From Lama glama (taxonomy: Eukaryota), in NCBI GenBank assembly GCA_028534125.1, contig CM052817.1, forward strand, positions 12,400,001 to 12,464,000: a stretch of 64,000 nt of DNA, read 5' to 3'. A model generated the notes under the pieces. It did no database searches. It saw only the letters and a program-made list of their open reading frames with translations, and had not been told where the DNA came from. Numbering within the stretch: the first letter of the stretch is position 1; each line of letters begins with the position of its first letter. The translations under genes and the position numbers were made by a program. This document shows, piece by piece, positions 13,391 to 26,577 of the stretch.

Positions 13391-13476
13391 TAAAGGCTAT
13401 GATAATGACAATTATGAAACAATTATTATATTCCCCCAAGCACCTAAACTTATAAATAAGCAGTCAGTATTATAGC

Positions 13477-13639
13477 TTAGATCTAGTTAGATTTAGATCT
13501 GGATACAGCTATAGATATCTTACTGGTTGTTCAGTAGATAGTTATAGCTACATAGATGGTAGATAAATAGGTAGATCCATCGATACTTGCATGTCTATCT
13601 ATCCACTTATCTGTCTATCTATATTTCTATCTATCTATC
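13477..13639. repeat. Degenerate (TAGA)n followed by (TCTA)n low-complexity tract
   Basis: TAGA-rich to ~13576, then TCTA-rich 13594-13639. Confidence 0.7.
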
Positions 13640-13689
13640 AGCTTTTACTTTAGTAGTAAACAATTCTGATATTTTGATTGTTTTAAATG

Positions 13690-14070
13690 TATGCTTCTTA
13701 CTTATGTATACAAAACAGCAGTCTGCAGTTAGATTAGGCTGATCTGGGCTGTTCCAGGTTTCTGGGCTATGCTGGGTTTGGCTCCATATGTCTCCTCATT
13801 TCAGAAACAAGGCTAAAATTATAGCTCCCCTCTGTGATATAATGTTCTTACAATAGAGGCCAAGAAAGAGACAGAAACATGAACAAGTATTTTGAGAAAT
13901 TTGACTTCCATGTGGTGTATGGTATATTAGGTCATATTTAATTGTTCAAGGAAAATCATGTGTCCAAACCCAAAGGCAATCAGGCAAGAGAGTACATTCT
14001 GTCTACTAGGAAACATGGCAAGTGCAGGGAGCAAATGAATAGTCAGGAACCAATAATGCAATCGACAGCA
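13690..14070 (-). mobile_element. MaLR solo LTR, MLT1H/I-like
   Basis: 'gctgatctgggctg', 'gctccatatgtctc', 'aatcatgtgtccaaacccaa...gagtacattctg'. Confidence 0.7.
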
Positions 14071-15029
14071 TTTTGAGGTCCATGTTCTTTGCATTATGAC
14101 ACTTTGTCAATAGCTATGGAAGAAATTAAATACCATCGTATGGTCCTACTAAAGCTGCTTAACTAGTAGAGTGATCAACTGACCTTATCAAAAGGCAGTC
14201 TATGTCATTTCCTATAGGGAAGACCCATATTGAAGTGGGTCCCATTTTAAAGTGGAATATGGGAAGAAACACAGGATGTTTTTAAGGAGGCATTTGAGCC
14301 ATCATAATACAAATGTATGCAGTTTTCTACTTGTGCCAAAAAACATCATAAAAAGCACCACCTTCATTTTTTTAACTCTCCAAATTCCACACATTTCCAT
14401 ATGTGGTGTTTACTCAATGAAAATTCAGTGAGTAGATATGAGTCTCAAAAGGTATTAAATTTTATAATTGAGATATTTGAACTAATTTCCACCCCACTCA
14501 TAACCCTCATCAAAACCTTTTCTTTCTTCTCCTTATAACATCTGGCTAGAAGAACACAGATACCTTTTTTGAAAACCATTCGGTGAGCGTGGCCACCCAT
14601 GGTTGAAGTTAGCTATGTAAGTGAATTTAGCTAGCTAGCTTTAAAACATCCAATTATTTGATGAAATTCAATCTCCTATCTACCTTGTTTTCCCTTCAAG
14701 CTGGAATAGTGTGTAAGTGTGTGCCTCTGTGTGTGTGTCTGTTTAATATCTTCAGTCATAAGTTCCACTTATAGATGATATCAATTAAATAAGAAATTCC
14801 ATCTAAACAATTAGACAATGATGACCACTGGGTAAGTTTTCTACATCTCATTCAGACATTCAGATGTTGTGCTTGTATGCAGAAGACATTGTATAAACAT
14901 AAACTCACTGTAAATTGATTAGACAACTACATATGTGAAGAATTTAAAGATTAAATATTTTTAATTGGTTCACTTTCATTAATGATGGGCAGGAGACACT
15001 GATTCTGTATTAAGTTAAAATTGCTGAAG

Positions 15030-15388
15030 CGTTAAGGAAATAGGAAGTTATTATTTAATAAATATAATGTTTCAATTATACTAGATGAGTGAGTTTTACA
15101 TATGTGCTATGTAACATAGTGCCTATTGTTATTGTGCACTTCAAAGTTTGCTGAAAGAGTACATCTATCTGTTAATTGTTCTTATCAAACACATACCACA
15201 CATACACACACACAAAAACAAAGGGATGGAAAGAAACTTTGGGAGTTGTTGGATGAGCATAATGTACATTCCCTTGATTGTGGTAATGGCACCATGGGTG
15301 TTTGCATGTATCTAAGTTCATCAAATTGTACACATTCAATATGTGTGGCTCTGTGTATATTAATTATACCTTGATAAAGCTGTTAAAA
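15030..15388 (+). mobile_element. L1 3' end (L1MA9/L1MB-like)
   Basis: 'ccttgattgtggtaatgg...tcatcaaattgtacacatt...aattataccttgataaagctgttaaaa'. Confidence 0.85.
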
Positions 15389-16149
15389 TTGCATGTAGAT
15401 TTCATTGAATATGTCTTCATAACTGAATATTAATGTAGTTGCTATAATTTCAATTTATTTATGAGGCTTAGAGCTACTGAATGATAGTAACACTTGTGTA
15501 TGTCAAAATATAGTCCGTTTCTTCCTACATATGTCAGAGTTTATTTTGCTCCATAGAAGAAATTATACCTGTTTCTGTGATTCTCTTAAGCACTATCTTA
15601 TGTCATGAGGCTGTGAACAGATTCAAAATAATAATAAGAATAAGAATAGACATCATCTTTACTCTCTAAGAGTTGATGAGGTAATCTATGTTACATCAAG
15701 ATGGACAGAATTCTTATAATACATCAAGCAATGCAGACATCTTTAAAACACTGACAGACACACTGTCATTAGTTAGTAGAAATAAAATCCAAAACATACA
15801 CAATGCAATATTTACCTCTAGATCAATGGCTTAGGAAGGGACTAAGCGATTTAGTCTGTTTCTAAGGACTAGATCAGTTGACCTCAGTCTGGAATTTCAT
15901 TCTTAAGTTGGGATAAAATGAGTAGAATGCCTTCTTTTTTGTGTTATGTAACTTGGAGTATGCTGTAAAGACTTAATTGCAGAAGAACGTAAAGCAATGA
16001 ATTCCTATAACTTCATTAATAGTATTTATAAGAAGAGACTATAAAATTATTCTATGTTAATCAGCTCTATAGGAGGAAACAAAAACATAAAAGGTAGAAA
16101 ATAAAATTTTTAAATTGTATTTTCAAAAATTTAATAAAATAATTGATGC

Positions 16150-16420
16150 TATGATTTCAAACATTCATGATAAAAAAATTGTTAATAATTGTGAAAAATT
16201 AGAAAGACCCTAGATATCCAAAAATAAGAAAAGGTTACTCAAATTTTGACATATCTACAAAATTCAACATTAGGAAGTTTTCAGTAAAATATACTTTTTT
16301 ATATGGCATACTGTATGAATAGTGCAAGTCTATAAATTATAGTGAAAATAGTGGAAAAAGAGAAACAAAACATATAATTAAACATTAGATTTATCTGAGT
16401 GATAGAAGAATTTCATTTTT
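16150..16420 (+). mobile_element. Old L1 (L1ME-like) fragment
   Basis: 'gtgaaaaattagaaagaccctagatatcca' resembles the L1 ORF2 end/3'UTR. Confidence 0.5.
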
Positions 16421-16424
16421 CTTT

Positions 16425-17280
16425 TATTTAACAAATACTAATATAATACTAGGTGGCAGGCACGATTCTCAGCAGCTTGTGAATATTAATTTATTTAACC
16501 CTCCAGATAACAATATAGGAGAGGGACTATGCATTAGTTTTCTATTGCTGTGTGAAAAATTATCACAAACTTAGCAGCTTAATTTGTTATGACTCAGCTT
16601 CTGCTGGTCAGGACCCCAGGTGTGGCTTAGCCGTATCCTCTGCTTAGCATACGTTAAATTTGTGGTTGCACTTTGGCAGGGCTGCATTCTCATCTGGAGG
16701 CTCAACTAGGGAAGAATCTGCTTCTGAGCTTGTTCGCATTGTGAGCAGAATTCATTTCCTGTGGCTTTATGAGTAAAGCCTCTGGCTTCTGACTATCAGT
16801 TGGAAAACACCCTCAAGTTTTTAGAAGCCGCCTGAACTTTTCTGTCACATGGCCCTCCTCATAGGGCCTTCACAACGTGGCTGTTTGTGTCCGCCATGTC
16901 AGCAGGGAATCTCTGTTGCTGTAGTCTGCTAAGACAGAGTCTTGTATCATATAATGGAGTCATAAGAATGACATTCCACCTTGTTTGCCATACAGTGTAG
17001 CCTAATCAATGGAGTGACATACCACCATTTTGACATTTTCTATCAATTGGAAGCAAATCGCAGATTCTGCATGCACTCAACGGGAAGGAAACATACAAGG
17101 ACATGACTCTTTGGAGGTAAACTTAATTGGCATCAACCACATACTATTTTTGCTATCATTTTATGTATGAGACAATTGAGATCCAGAGAGATTTAGTAAC
17201 TTGCTTATGGTTAAAAGTTAGTAGTGGAAAAAGCTGATATCTGAACTCAAGCAATATGGATCTAGGATCCTTGCTCTTAA
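16425..17280 (-). mobile_element. MIR SINE split by an MLT1E insertion (halves ~16425-16529 and 17142-17280)
   Basis: 'ggcaggcacgattctc...atttaaccctcca' continues after the LTR as 'cattttatgtatgagacaattgagatccagagag...gtaacttgc'. Confidence 0.75.
16530..17141 (-). mobile_element. MaLR solo LTR, MLT1E-like
   Basis: Begins 'tgcattagttttctattgctg...cacaaacttagcagcttaa', contains 'cagaattcatttcctgtgg', ends 'accaca'; 5-bp TSD gacta/tacta. Confidence 0.85.
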
Positions 17281-17309
17281 TCTTATTTTTTCCAAAATTG
17301 AATTTACAT

Positions 17310-18015
17310 TCAGTATATAGATTGTGTGCTGCCAATGTGTTAGACACCATGATAAAGCTGGGCATACTGTGGTAGGATGGATATGATCTCTGTTGTCTGA
17401 GAATGTGTAGTCTGGTGGGAAGATGATACCCCCAGGTTGGCAGCAGATGCAATCAAGTGTAAAGACAGTGCTGACAAAGTGTAGGGTGATGCGGAAGCCC
17501 AGAGAAGGGTCATTTCATCTAGAATTGTAGAATCAATGGAGCCTTTCAAGAAAATGTGACATGAAAGTTATGGCCAGAAGGATGGGTAGGAAGAGAGGAC
17601 AGTGAGAAACGAGTGAAGGTGGAAGGTAGGTGAAGTGCTTCAGGAGATGGAAGCAGCAATGTTCAGAGGTACCATGGTGAGAGTAATATCCCTCTGGCCA
17701 GGAATGAAAAGTGTTCACACAGCTTCAGCCAAAGATTGTGGGGCCGTGATGGGAAAGGTGTAGTTGGAAGATATAAAACTCCTGGGTCAGGGAATGACTT
17801 GTGAAGGAATTGGCTTTACATGAGACAGTGGGAAGTCATTGAAGGGAAATATTTTCCAGGGTGTGGAAATATTTTACTGGCTGCAGATAGCAGGATAACT
17901 GGAAGCTGGGGCCCAGCTAGAATATAGTTGTAATAATCCTGGTAAGGATAACAGTGGTTTGGTCCAGGTTACTGAGATTTGGGGTTGGACAGAAGCTGAT
18001 ACATCTAGAGATCAT
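17310..18015 (-). mobile_element. L2 LINE fragment
   Basis: Purine-rich reverse L2 pattern, e.g. 'cagtgggaagtcattgaaggg', 'gttgtaataatcctggtaag'. Confidence 0.7.
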
Positions 18016-18810
18016 CTTTAGGCTTTTTTGTCTTCCTTACAGTTTTTGTATGTTTTCCAGATTATATTCAATAAGCATATCTCATTTTTAATGTCAGAGA
18101 AATGTGCTTTTAAAAAGGAATCAATAAAGCAGATATTCTCCCCAAACACAGTGCTCTACTAATTTTCCTATTAAAGTTACGTTCATTAACTGGAAAGAAT
18201 AATTTTTACCAGCGGAGGCACATACTCATCCTTGTCTACATTCTTTCACAAAGAGCTTAGAGGTTTCATAATAAAAAGCTGCTTCATTAGTTCTAATGGT
18301 TTCCCTGTCACATGGGTCTATCCAGAATGAGTTTTTCATATGTATCAGTAGGAAATAGAAAGACCCCAAAACCTATGTCATCAGGGCCACAGGATAGGAA
18401 TGAAGGGGTGTTCCCAGAAACGGGCTGCAAAACTTACATTTCAGCACAGAGGACGGAAGGGCCCAGAGGAAGGAGTGAGCAACTCAGTGTGAGTCTCAGC
18501 ATTGTCTCTTCCCCAGCTGCCCACAGAAATGTGATATAAAAAATTGGCACAAAGAGACTGGAGGCCTGAATTTGGAGGCATCTTCCCCATTTCCATCATC
18601 CCAAAATGTTCCATTGAGTACATGCTGCCCAAGTTTTACAACAGGAGGGCTGGAGGTTAAATTCTTCATTCTAAATGACCCTGAGATCTGGGTGTGCTTG
18701 AACTCTCATCCCTCTGAAGGAAAACGACGCTCAGTCAATCATGCTGTCCTCTGAAGAGCAGGCTATTAGCTGGAAGCAGTTTGGGAGACAGATGGCAGGC
18801 TACTACAGAC

Positions 18811-19251
18811 AGTGGTAGGCTGTGACCATCTTAAGATATCAAGTCCTAATCCTTGCAATGTGTGTGTCTTACCTTATTCGGGCAAAGGGCTTTTTGCAGA
18901 TATAACTAAGGATTTTGAGATGTGGAGATTACCTTCAACTATGCCACTGGACCCTAAATGCCGCCACAAGTATCCTTACAAGAGAGAGACAAAAGGAGAT
19001 AACACAGAAGAGAATGTGATACGAGATGGAGCAGAGAGAGATGCAGCCACAGCCAAGAGCTGCCGACAGCTGCCTGAAGGTGGGAGGGGTGAGGAGCGAT
19101 CTCTACCCGAGACCCCCCCGCAGGGTGTGCTCCTAGCAGACACCTTGACTTCAGACTTCTAGCCGCTAGAACTGTTAGAAAACACAGCTATGTTACTTTA
19201 GGCCACTATGTTTGTGGTAATTTGGTATGGGAGCCCTAGGAAAGTAACACA
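18811..19251 (+). mobile_element. MaLR solo LTR, MLT1C/D-like
   Basis: 'gtcctaatcc', 'ttttgcagat...taaggattttgagatg', 'gacaccttgacttcagacttctagcc', 'tttgtggtaatttg...gccctaggaaagtaacaca'. Confidence 0.9.
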
Positions 19252-20345
19252 GGAGGGAAAAAACAACGTTAGAATACGTTCTGTGCAGTTAGGAAAGGGC
19301 TTCACTATCTGAACGTGCCGCATCCCGTAGATAACCAGTAGGGGGAGGAAGTACCTGGGCTGGACTTCAGCCTCCCCTTATCTCTTCAAAATGCACCTTT
19401 GTGGAGCGAACAAATTGAACCACACACCCAAGATTGGAGGAGATCACAAGATTCTGGGTGTACAGAAGGGCAGAACTCTAAAAGAGAGTGCGGAAATAAG
19501 AGTCACGGCATGGAGGCCATGTTCCCAATATAATTGCAGCTCTCCCTTCAGAGTGCATCTCAAAACTGCTTCATGTGAATTATCTCTGTGCTCTCACAGT
19601 ACCCTATGAGGGAGACCGTTTCCTCGCCTCTGAATTCTGTTGGATGCTCTGAGAAGATTAACTTCCAAATATTCTCCTCTGTGTCTTGGTTTTCTGTCAC
19701 CATTGGGTTGACTAGGCAGATTCACTTTGTTCTATCAAGAGTTTAATTAGGCAATTCTTTCAGGAAGCCTATCAAGTCTAGATTGATTAAGATTGCTTTC
19801 AGAATGATATTTAATTGGGATAATGGCTTAAATTGGTTATTGATGGGAGAAGATTTGATTGTGACTAGCTTAATTCCCTCTGGATGAGAGCAGAAAGCTT
19901 TCCCCGGCCAGTATTTAGTTCCTCGGATAATTTGAAAAAAAATATATTAGGCATGAAAATTAGCGGTTGAGATAATGCTTAACTAAGGTGATCTAAGAAT
20001 TTAGCCAAACCATTAGGAGTGTAAACTCTCTAGAGGAAACACGCTGTAAATGGCCAACCATTTCCACAGAGTTGATTGTGAATTTCATGGTCCTGCTCTG
20101 CTCTCATAGTTTATACTAAGGGTCAGAGGCAGGCATTTGCAGGGGAAGCAGCCACTGAGAAGTCCAGAGTCCTGCCAGGGATGGAATTAGGTACTGGACC
20201 CTCCATCCCTTCAACCACTCCACTACTCTGAGTGGGAGTTTCCCATTCTCATTTCGCAAGGCTCTGAAGTGTCAAATAAATAATCCAAGAGCACACAATG
20301 AATGAATGGTGATTACAGCCCAGATCCCTCAAAGTCTGATGCTAG

Positions 20346-20510
20346 TTCATTCATTCAGCAACTACTCAATAAAGACCTGCTGTGAACTACACACTATTCT
20401 AGGCACTCGGGATAAAACAAAACAAAACAAAACAGATTCTCTCATGTGAAAGCTTACGACTGAGTGTGGGAATCAGACATTGAATGCATACGAAAGGAAA
20501 TAAATTATTT
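20346..20510 (-). mobile_element. L2a 3' end
   Basis: 'ttcattcattcagcaa...cactattctaggcactcgggata'. Confidence 0.7.
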
Positions 20511-20884
20511 ATCAAGGTATAGGAGAAGTCAAATGTCCTGAAACACATTGTTCCCTCCTTCATTCTTTCCTCTTTTCCCAAGCTGTTGTCTATGTCAAAG
20601 ACCACACAGTGTTGTGGACCCAAACAAGAAACTTGAACAGTAAGTTTCCAGGAAGACATCCTATAAGCTGACAGGGGCAATGTGAAGAGTGTACTGTTTC
20701 TATTTAAAAAGTTTAAGAAGTTGATTTTTTTTTTTAAACCAGGGTCTTAATCACCCTCTGTTGTTGAACTTCTCAAATTATCCCATTTAATCTACTTACC
20801 ACTCCATTTATTTGCTAATCATTGATGCTCTGGGACAAACAGGAACAAATTTTTACTTGAGTGTAGGTTTCTACGGTAAGATTA

Positions 20885-21040
20885 TCCAAGGTTGAAATCT
20901 GACCTTGTCACCCACTAGTTGAGCCTCAGTTTCCTTATGTTCAAAGGAGACTGAAGAATCAATGGGTAAGCTCAGGGAAAGTGCTTAGGACAGGGCCTGG
21001 TACACAGTAAATGCTCAATTAGCTTTTAATGCTAATCATC
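20885..21040 (+). mobile_element. MIR SINE
   Basis: 'gagcctcagtttcctt', 'aaagtgcttaggacagggcctggtacacagtaaatgctcaat'. Confidence 0.8.
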
Positions 21041-21279
21041 ATTTCTTCATATTAATGCTGATCATCATTTCTTCCAGATACTTTGTAGTGAAGGAAATAG
21101 GTTGGGGATTGGGCAAAATCTTTGGTGACAAAGGTCTGAGGCTTCCTTCTTTCCCCAACCCCCTCCCCAGCTTGTCCTATGATTGCCTTTCTCCCGTATG
21201 TGTGTCTCACAATCCATGCAGCTTTGTCCTGCTTTGTTCTCACACTTGCCTCGTTTGCTTCTCAACGTGAATATCAATG

Positions 21280-21580
21280 CCCTTGAATTCTGGCCCTTGT
21301 CCTTCCATGCCTGTGTGGCTGTCAGCACATTTCTTAACCATCTGGGCCTAAGTTTTATTGTTTTTCAAAATCAGGATAGTAACTCCATCGCAGCAGTGTT
21401 ACAGAAGTTAGTCATTGCTCACGCTACCTTATATTACCTGTATTGGTTGATAACTTACTGGTACCCAGCAGAGCGAGAATACTTTACAAGAGTATCTGCA
21501 CAACAACCCCATCCAGTGACTATTATTTTTCTTAATTTGTTTTGCAAATGAGGAAATTTAGGTTTAGATTGAACATGACA
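21280..21580. mobile_element. Two MIR fragments in opposite orientation
   Basis: 'ttcttaaccatctgggcctaagttt' (+) and 'tttgcaaatgaggaaatttagg' (-). Confidence 0.55.
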
Positions 21581-22114
21581 TGAGATTGAGCGTGAAAAAG
21601 TAACGCAAGATTAAGTAACAAGAGAATTACCATAACAAAAGAAGTCAAGATACAGTTTCCTTTAGAAGACTGATGAGATTGCTATGGTTATGTACAATTT
21701 CCAAAAGGCATGGTTTTAAATTTAAGTTGGGACTTAAAGGGCCTGGAAGACTTTGATCAGCCAAGGTAGCAGAAGGTGCTAGCAGAAAGGTAGACTTTTT
21801 AAAATTAAAAACTATACCCCCATACATTTTTTAATACTCTCAGCATTTTTGAAAAAGTAGTGTGTCTTAAAACTGATGAGTTTATTTTACACCGTGATAT
21901 TTCTTTTTGCATCTAAAAATCTATGATAAAAACAATGATTTTGTATTGTTGTTGTGTAAATACTGTTGTTTTGCATCAGGAAAACTGGAATTATTCATGT
22001 TTATTGTATACATCTCCAGGAAGATACGTCTCTCAATTTATTTCCAAAAAATCAAAAACAGTCACTGCTTTGAGTTAATTAAGGAAGAATTACATTTTTG
22101 TGTATGTCAAGTTC

Positions 22115-22270
22115 TGCTGGGTTTGGAGTCAGGAAAACCTGCTTCCTCCTCACTAGCATAATGACTCAGGTCAAGTATTATATCACTTGAGCATTGGTTC
22201 TTCTATGAAATCAGGATAATTTTCCTATTCAACTCCCAGGATTGGTTACAGATTGAGTAAATAGGAACTC
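22115..22270 (+). mobile_element. MIR SINE
   Basis: 'gtttggagtcagg...ctatgaaatcaggataat'. Confidence 0.65.
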
Positions 22271-22456
22271 TACTGACATCTTGAACATTCTGTATTAAAT
22301 GCCTTTTACATTTTTGTAAATTCTTTAAGACCATCAAGAATGTTAAATTTATTTTCTGTTTCTGTGTTTCTTCAAGTAGTATTACCCTGTTGGATAAACA
22401 CACAATTGAATGGTTATTGTGGTAAAATCCTTTGATAAAATGTAAAAAACAAAAGA

Positions 22457-22489
22457 ACCACACACACACACACACAACACATACACACA
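22457..22489. repeat. Imperfect (CA)n microsatellite
   Basis: cacacacacacacacacaacacatacacaca. Confidence 0.85.
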
Positions 22490-23739
22490 TAGGTTATTGT
22501 TGGACAATCAACCACTGCAGATAGAAGAACCATCAAAATTTAGCTTGTGTTATGTGCTCTTCACCATCCTAGGTGTTTGGGATGCAGCTGTGAAAAGGAC
22601 AGACAGCAGCCCCGTCCACAGTGCCTTATGATCTCGTAGGATTTAAAGCAACTGTGGACAGTTCAACAGAGGCAACAGCATTCTCTCAGCATGTAGTGAA
22701 TTACATTCTCTTTTAAAAATTTATTTGGAAAGTAAGTGAATCACTCTGATCATTCAGGCAGCTTCTCACAATTTTCAAATAAGCCCCAATATTATAGACA
22801 CAGGAGAAACTACATTTCGAAACTTGGATAAGACCCTTTTTTTTTTCTGACACTGGATATTGTAAAATTTATGCAAAGACAGAATAATCACTTAAATACA
22901 CTGATCTTTAAAATGATTTTTAAAATTTAAAAAACTAGTATAACTAGAGAAATTCATTTATTTTATTTTTAGAGACACTGCTAATGTTATAATTTCATAG
23001 GCATTTCCCATACAATAAAGAAATAAGCCATCTAGCTCTGTCTGTTTCTTTTCATGATTAATTACTGAGCAATCTTAGAATTCCCTTCAGAATTAATAAT
23101 AAAACTCTCTGAGTTCCAGTAGCATTCCAATTAGCAGATAAATGTCTAAAAGAACAGATTAATATGTGAGAGCTACCTGCATGGGTGCAAAAAGCCTTTT
23201 TAACATTTGAATGACTATCTTGCTGTTCTGGTAGCAGACTTTCTAGAATGAGAAGACAAAAAGATCACCTCTGTGGGGATATATGTTTATCCTGAGATTA
23301 ATAAGGAGCATTAAGAAAGAGGATTCTATGCTCATTGCATTCAAAGGGCATGATTTTCTTTTCCTATTATGGTATAGCTAATTCCTTAATTATTCTATAT
23401 TTCTTTCTGATGCACTTAACAAACCAAATAATATGTCCATTCCCTCCCTTGTTAAATACCTTTCCCATATTACTGATTGACAACTGAATTATTGGCCGAG
23501 AGTAACTCTTGGCTTTTAAATTATTCAGATCTAAGGAAATCAGAAATAAAAACTGTCAAGAGAATAGCTGAGTGATTCTTGTAAAATAACTGAAGATGTA
23601 TTTCTTCAATTCTGCTGCCAGAAAGCCCCAAAAGAAATGAAGAAAATGTATCTTCAAACAAGATGGTAGGGCTAGATCAAACATATCTTTTATAGCAAAT
23701 ATTGAATCAAAAAAATATATATATACTATATAAAAGCAA

Positions 23740-23900
23740 AAAACTGGAAGCAACATGATTCAGAAAAGTTTAAAATTAAAGGATGGGCAAAGACATATAA
23801 AATAATATGATAAATACAAGGAAACTTAGGCAGAAACAGTATTATGAGTCATAAATATGTTTTTTTAAATCCACTTACCAATTGAAGAAGACAAAGAATA
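23740..23900 (+). mobile_element. Old L1 ORF2 endonuclease-region remnant
   Basis: 'cagaaaagtttaaaattaaaggatgggcaaagacata' resembles the L1 'LKVKGWKKIY'-coding segment. Confidence 0.55.
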
Positions 23901-24009
23901 ATAACAATACAGAGAATACAATTTTAAGTGGCCGTAAAATGATCATATGATAAATAAAAAGTAAACTACCTTTATTAAAATTCTCACTAGTGGAATTAGT
24001 ACATATATC

Positions 24010-24220
24010 TTGGATACTTTGACAGAGATGGCCCGATTTCCCATTTCAGCTCTGCCACGCTGGACAATTCCCACAGTCTCTCCCTGCCTCAGCATTATCC
24101 TCGTAAAATGGAAATTATAATGATACCTTCTACTTACAGGGTTATTGTATGTATTAAATGGTTAATAATAATTTAAGTACCTAGAACACTATCTGGCACT
24201 ATATAAATGACAATTGTCAT
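24010..24220 (+). mobile_element. MIR SINE
   Basis: 'cagctctgccac', 'gtaaaatggaaattataatgatacc...cagggttattgt...ctagaacactatctggcac'. Confidence 0.8.
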
Positions 24221-24794
24221 TATTTCTAGTTATCTTCTCAAACAATCATTTCTCTGTTCTGAAGATTTCTCTTCTGCAATCATTTTCTTTATTTTTCTTT
24301 TGCTTCTGCATTCTGACAGTCTTTACAGCTTTGGTTTAGTTCTCAACAAACAATTCCTGTTCTTATTTCACTGCCTGCAAATATATTTCAATTTTGCTGT
24401 TGCATTTTATGTCCTTATATTATTTTTTCACATATTCATCTGATTATTTTGCATCTCAGAAATTACTTCATCATATCTCCCTATGATAGCTTACTTTCAA
24501 TGTATTCAAAACATACCTTCTTGCAAATATTTTATGATATTTGGGTAATGCTTTTGAAAGTTTTTTTTTTTTTAAGTGATTATTTCCAGGGAACCTTGTT
24601 TTTCTGAATTTTGGGAAAATGCAATCTTTTCATAGATTTCCTTAAAAATAAACAGAATTGCTGTGTTTGCTTCTGATACTTGTTTCTAATCTTCATCTAT
24701 TCACAAAGAGGATGACTGTGTCTGTGGTGCTCTTCATCATTCAGTCAATGGCTAGACTATTTTTAGCCTTCAGATACCCGCTAAATTATCATGA

Positions 24795-25152
24795 AAATAT
24801 ATACTGAGCACTTGCTAACTTGCAGACACTCTTCTAGATGATGGGGACATGTGAAACACAGGCCAGAAACAGTTCCTGTTTATGTGATAGACAGACAGTA
24901 AAAAAACAACATATAAATATATATATAAAATAGTATCAGTACTGGGAAAATAAAGCATGTGTAAGGGGCTAAAGAGTTACAGGAATAAAGTAGAGGGGAA
25001 ATGTGACTGGATAGAGAATTGAATGAAGAAAGGGAGGTTCTCTGCAAACAGGTGGGCATAGACCATTCCAAACAGACATGCATGGCCAGTGCAAAGGCAC
25101 TGAGGTACAGTAGAGTTGGCCTGTTTGAGAAACAGCCAGTGTGGCTAGAGCA
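24795..25152 (-). mobile_element. L2a 3' portion
   Basis: 'actgagcacttgct...cagacactcttctag', 'ccagtgcaaaggcactgagg...ggcctgtttgagaaacag'. Confidence 0.8.
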
Positions 25153-25949
25153 CTGTGCACAGACTTTCATTAAATTACTGATACCCAACAAATACTTGAT
25201 TGTCCAACAGCTCCTTGCATGAGGGAGGCTATTTACTTCCCCTCACAGTTAGACCTGAGGTTTCTAACTGCACTCAAGTCAAACGCACTTTTTTCAACTT
25301 CCCAAAGACCGAGGTTAAGGGAACTCCTTCAGTTTCCAACAGCACCCAATTTTCTAATCAAGCACACCCTCTATATTCCTCAATTAGACAAAATGGAAGA
25401 AAAAAAGACAAAAGCTTTTTGTGATCTCTTTGAGAGTACATCTCATTCTGCATTAGATTGAAACATATGCCACTTGTAGAATTATGTTGCTCAGTCTGTT
25501 AACACTCACAGAACCGCTAGAAGGTTTATCTGTACTGGACATATGTTCTTACTAATTTTTAATACATAGATCTGTTGTCAATTTTTGCTTTTTTTTACAT
25601 ATCTTAGAAAATATTTTAATAGAGGGTTTCAAGGAGACACACCAGACCAATCCATCCCTGTGTTCACGTGTGAGTTTTGAGGGAATAGCTTTGGGGAGTA
25701 GATGATGGATTTGATTCAATAGACCTAAAAGCCTTCCATTTAGAGCTCTCTGGTGTGTAGCAGAACTCAGGGAAAGTCAAGTTTGGAAATATAGATCTTT
25801 GAGTGTTCTGCATCGAAGTGAGAGTTTTGCATGCCCTAAAGCAAGGAGAATATCATTCTCATTTTTAACAGTCCCTGTGCTTGGTGAAAGGCCCATCTAA
25901 GTGGCCCTGATTATATCTATCTCTTTTGCTCCTTTCTTATCCTTCAGGG

Positions 25950-26230
25950 CTCTATCCAAGTTTTATCTTCTTATGGAGATCTTCCCGGATTAAACACTCT
26001 ACCATCAGGCATATTCTGTTCGTTTATTGCATAGTAACCACCCTTTTATTGTGTAGCACTTATCCTTTGTGTATATGTGTTTCTGTCTGTTTGTTTAATA
26101 ACAGTCCCCATCATCAGATTGCAAGTTCACTGATGACAGGGTTTACATCTGCTTAGTTTATCGCTGAACTCTAAGCCTATCACAATATTTGCCTCATATA
26201 AAAGGTTAGTTATCATTTATAGGAGGAATA
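25950..26230 (+). mobile_element. L2 3' fragment
   Basis: 'cagattgcaagttcactgatgacaggg...tttatcgctgaact'. Confidence 0.55.
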
Positions 26231-26577
26231 AGAAGAAAACCAAATAACATAGAAGGTGCTTGATAAGTATGTATTCAGTGAGCACATTATAAGAGAAAAA
26301 AAGGGAACAGGAGACGAAGGTCACTCTGGAAGAAAAATCACAGCGCAAAAAGCAAAAACACAAACCAAAAGACCCACAGAAATAAAAGTAGAAGAATGAG
26401 AAAAGAACTGGGTTTAATCAACCGAGTGTTATTCAGTCCTTGCTTCTTTTTTTGTGGAAAACCTTCTAAGAAATATATTGGAGCAGGGTAGCTCCAAACC
26501 GGAAGTAGGTAAGAGGGCTTCACCTACAGGAGCTGGGGAAAGACTTTAACAGGGAAAAAGCAGAAGCAAAGTAGGAA

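Noticed and set aside
18812-19162. 116-aa ORF
   Set aside because: Lies entirely within an MLT1C/D LTR.
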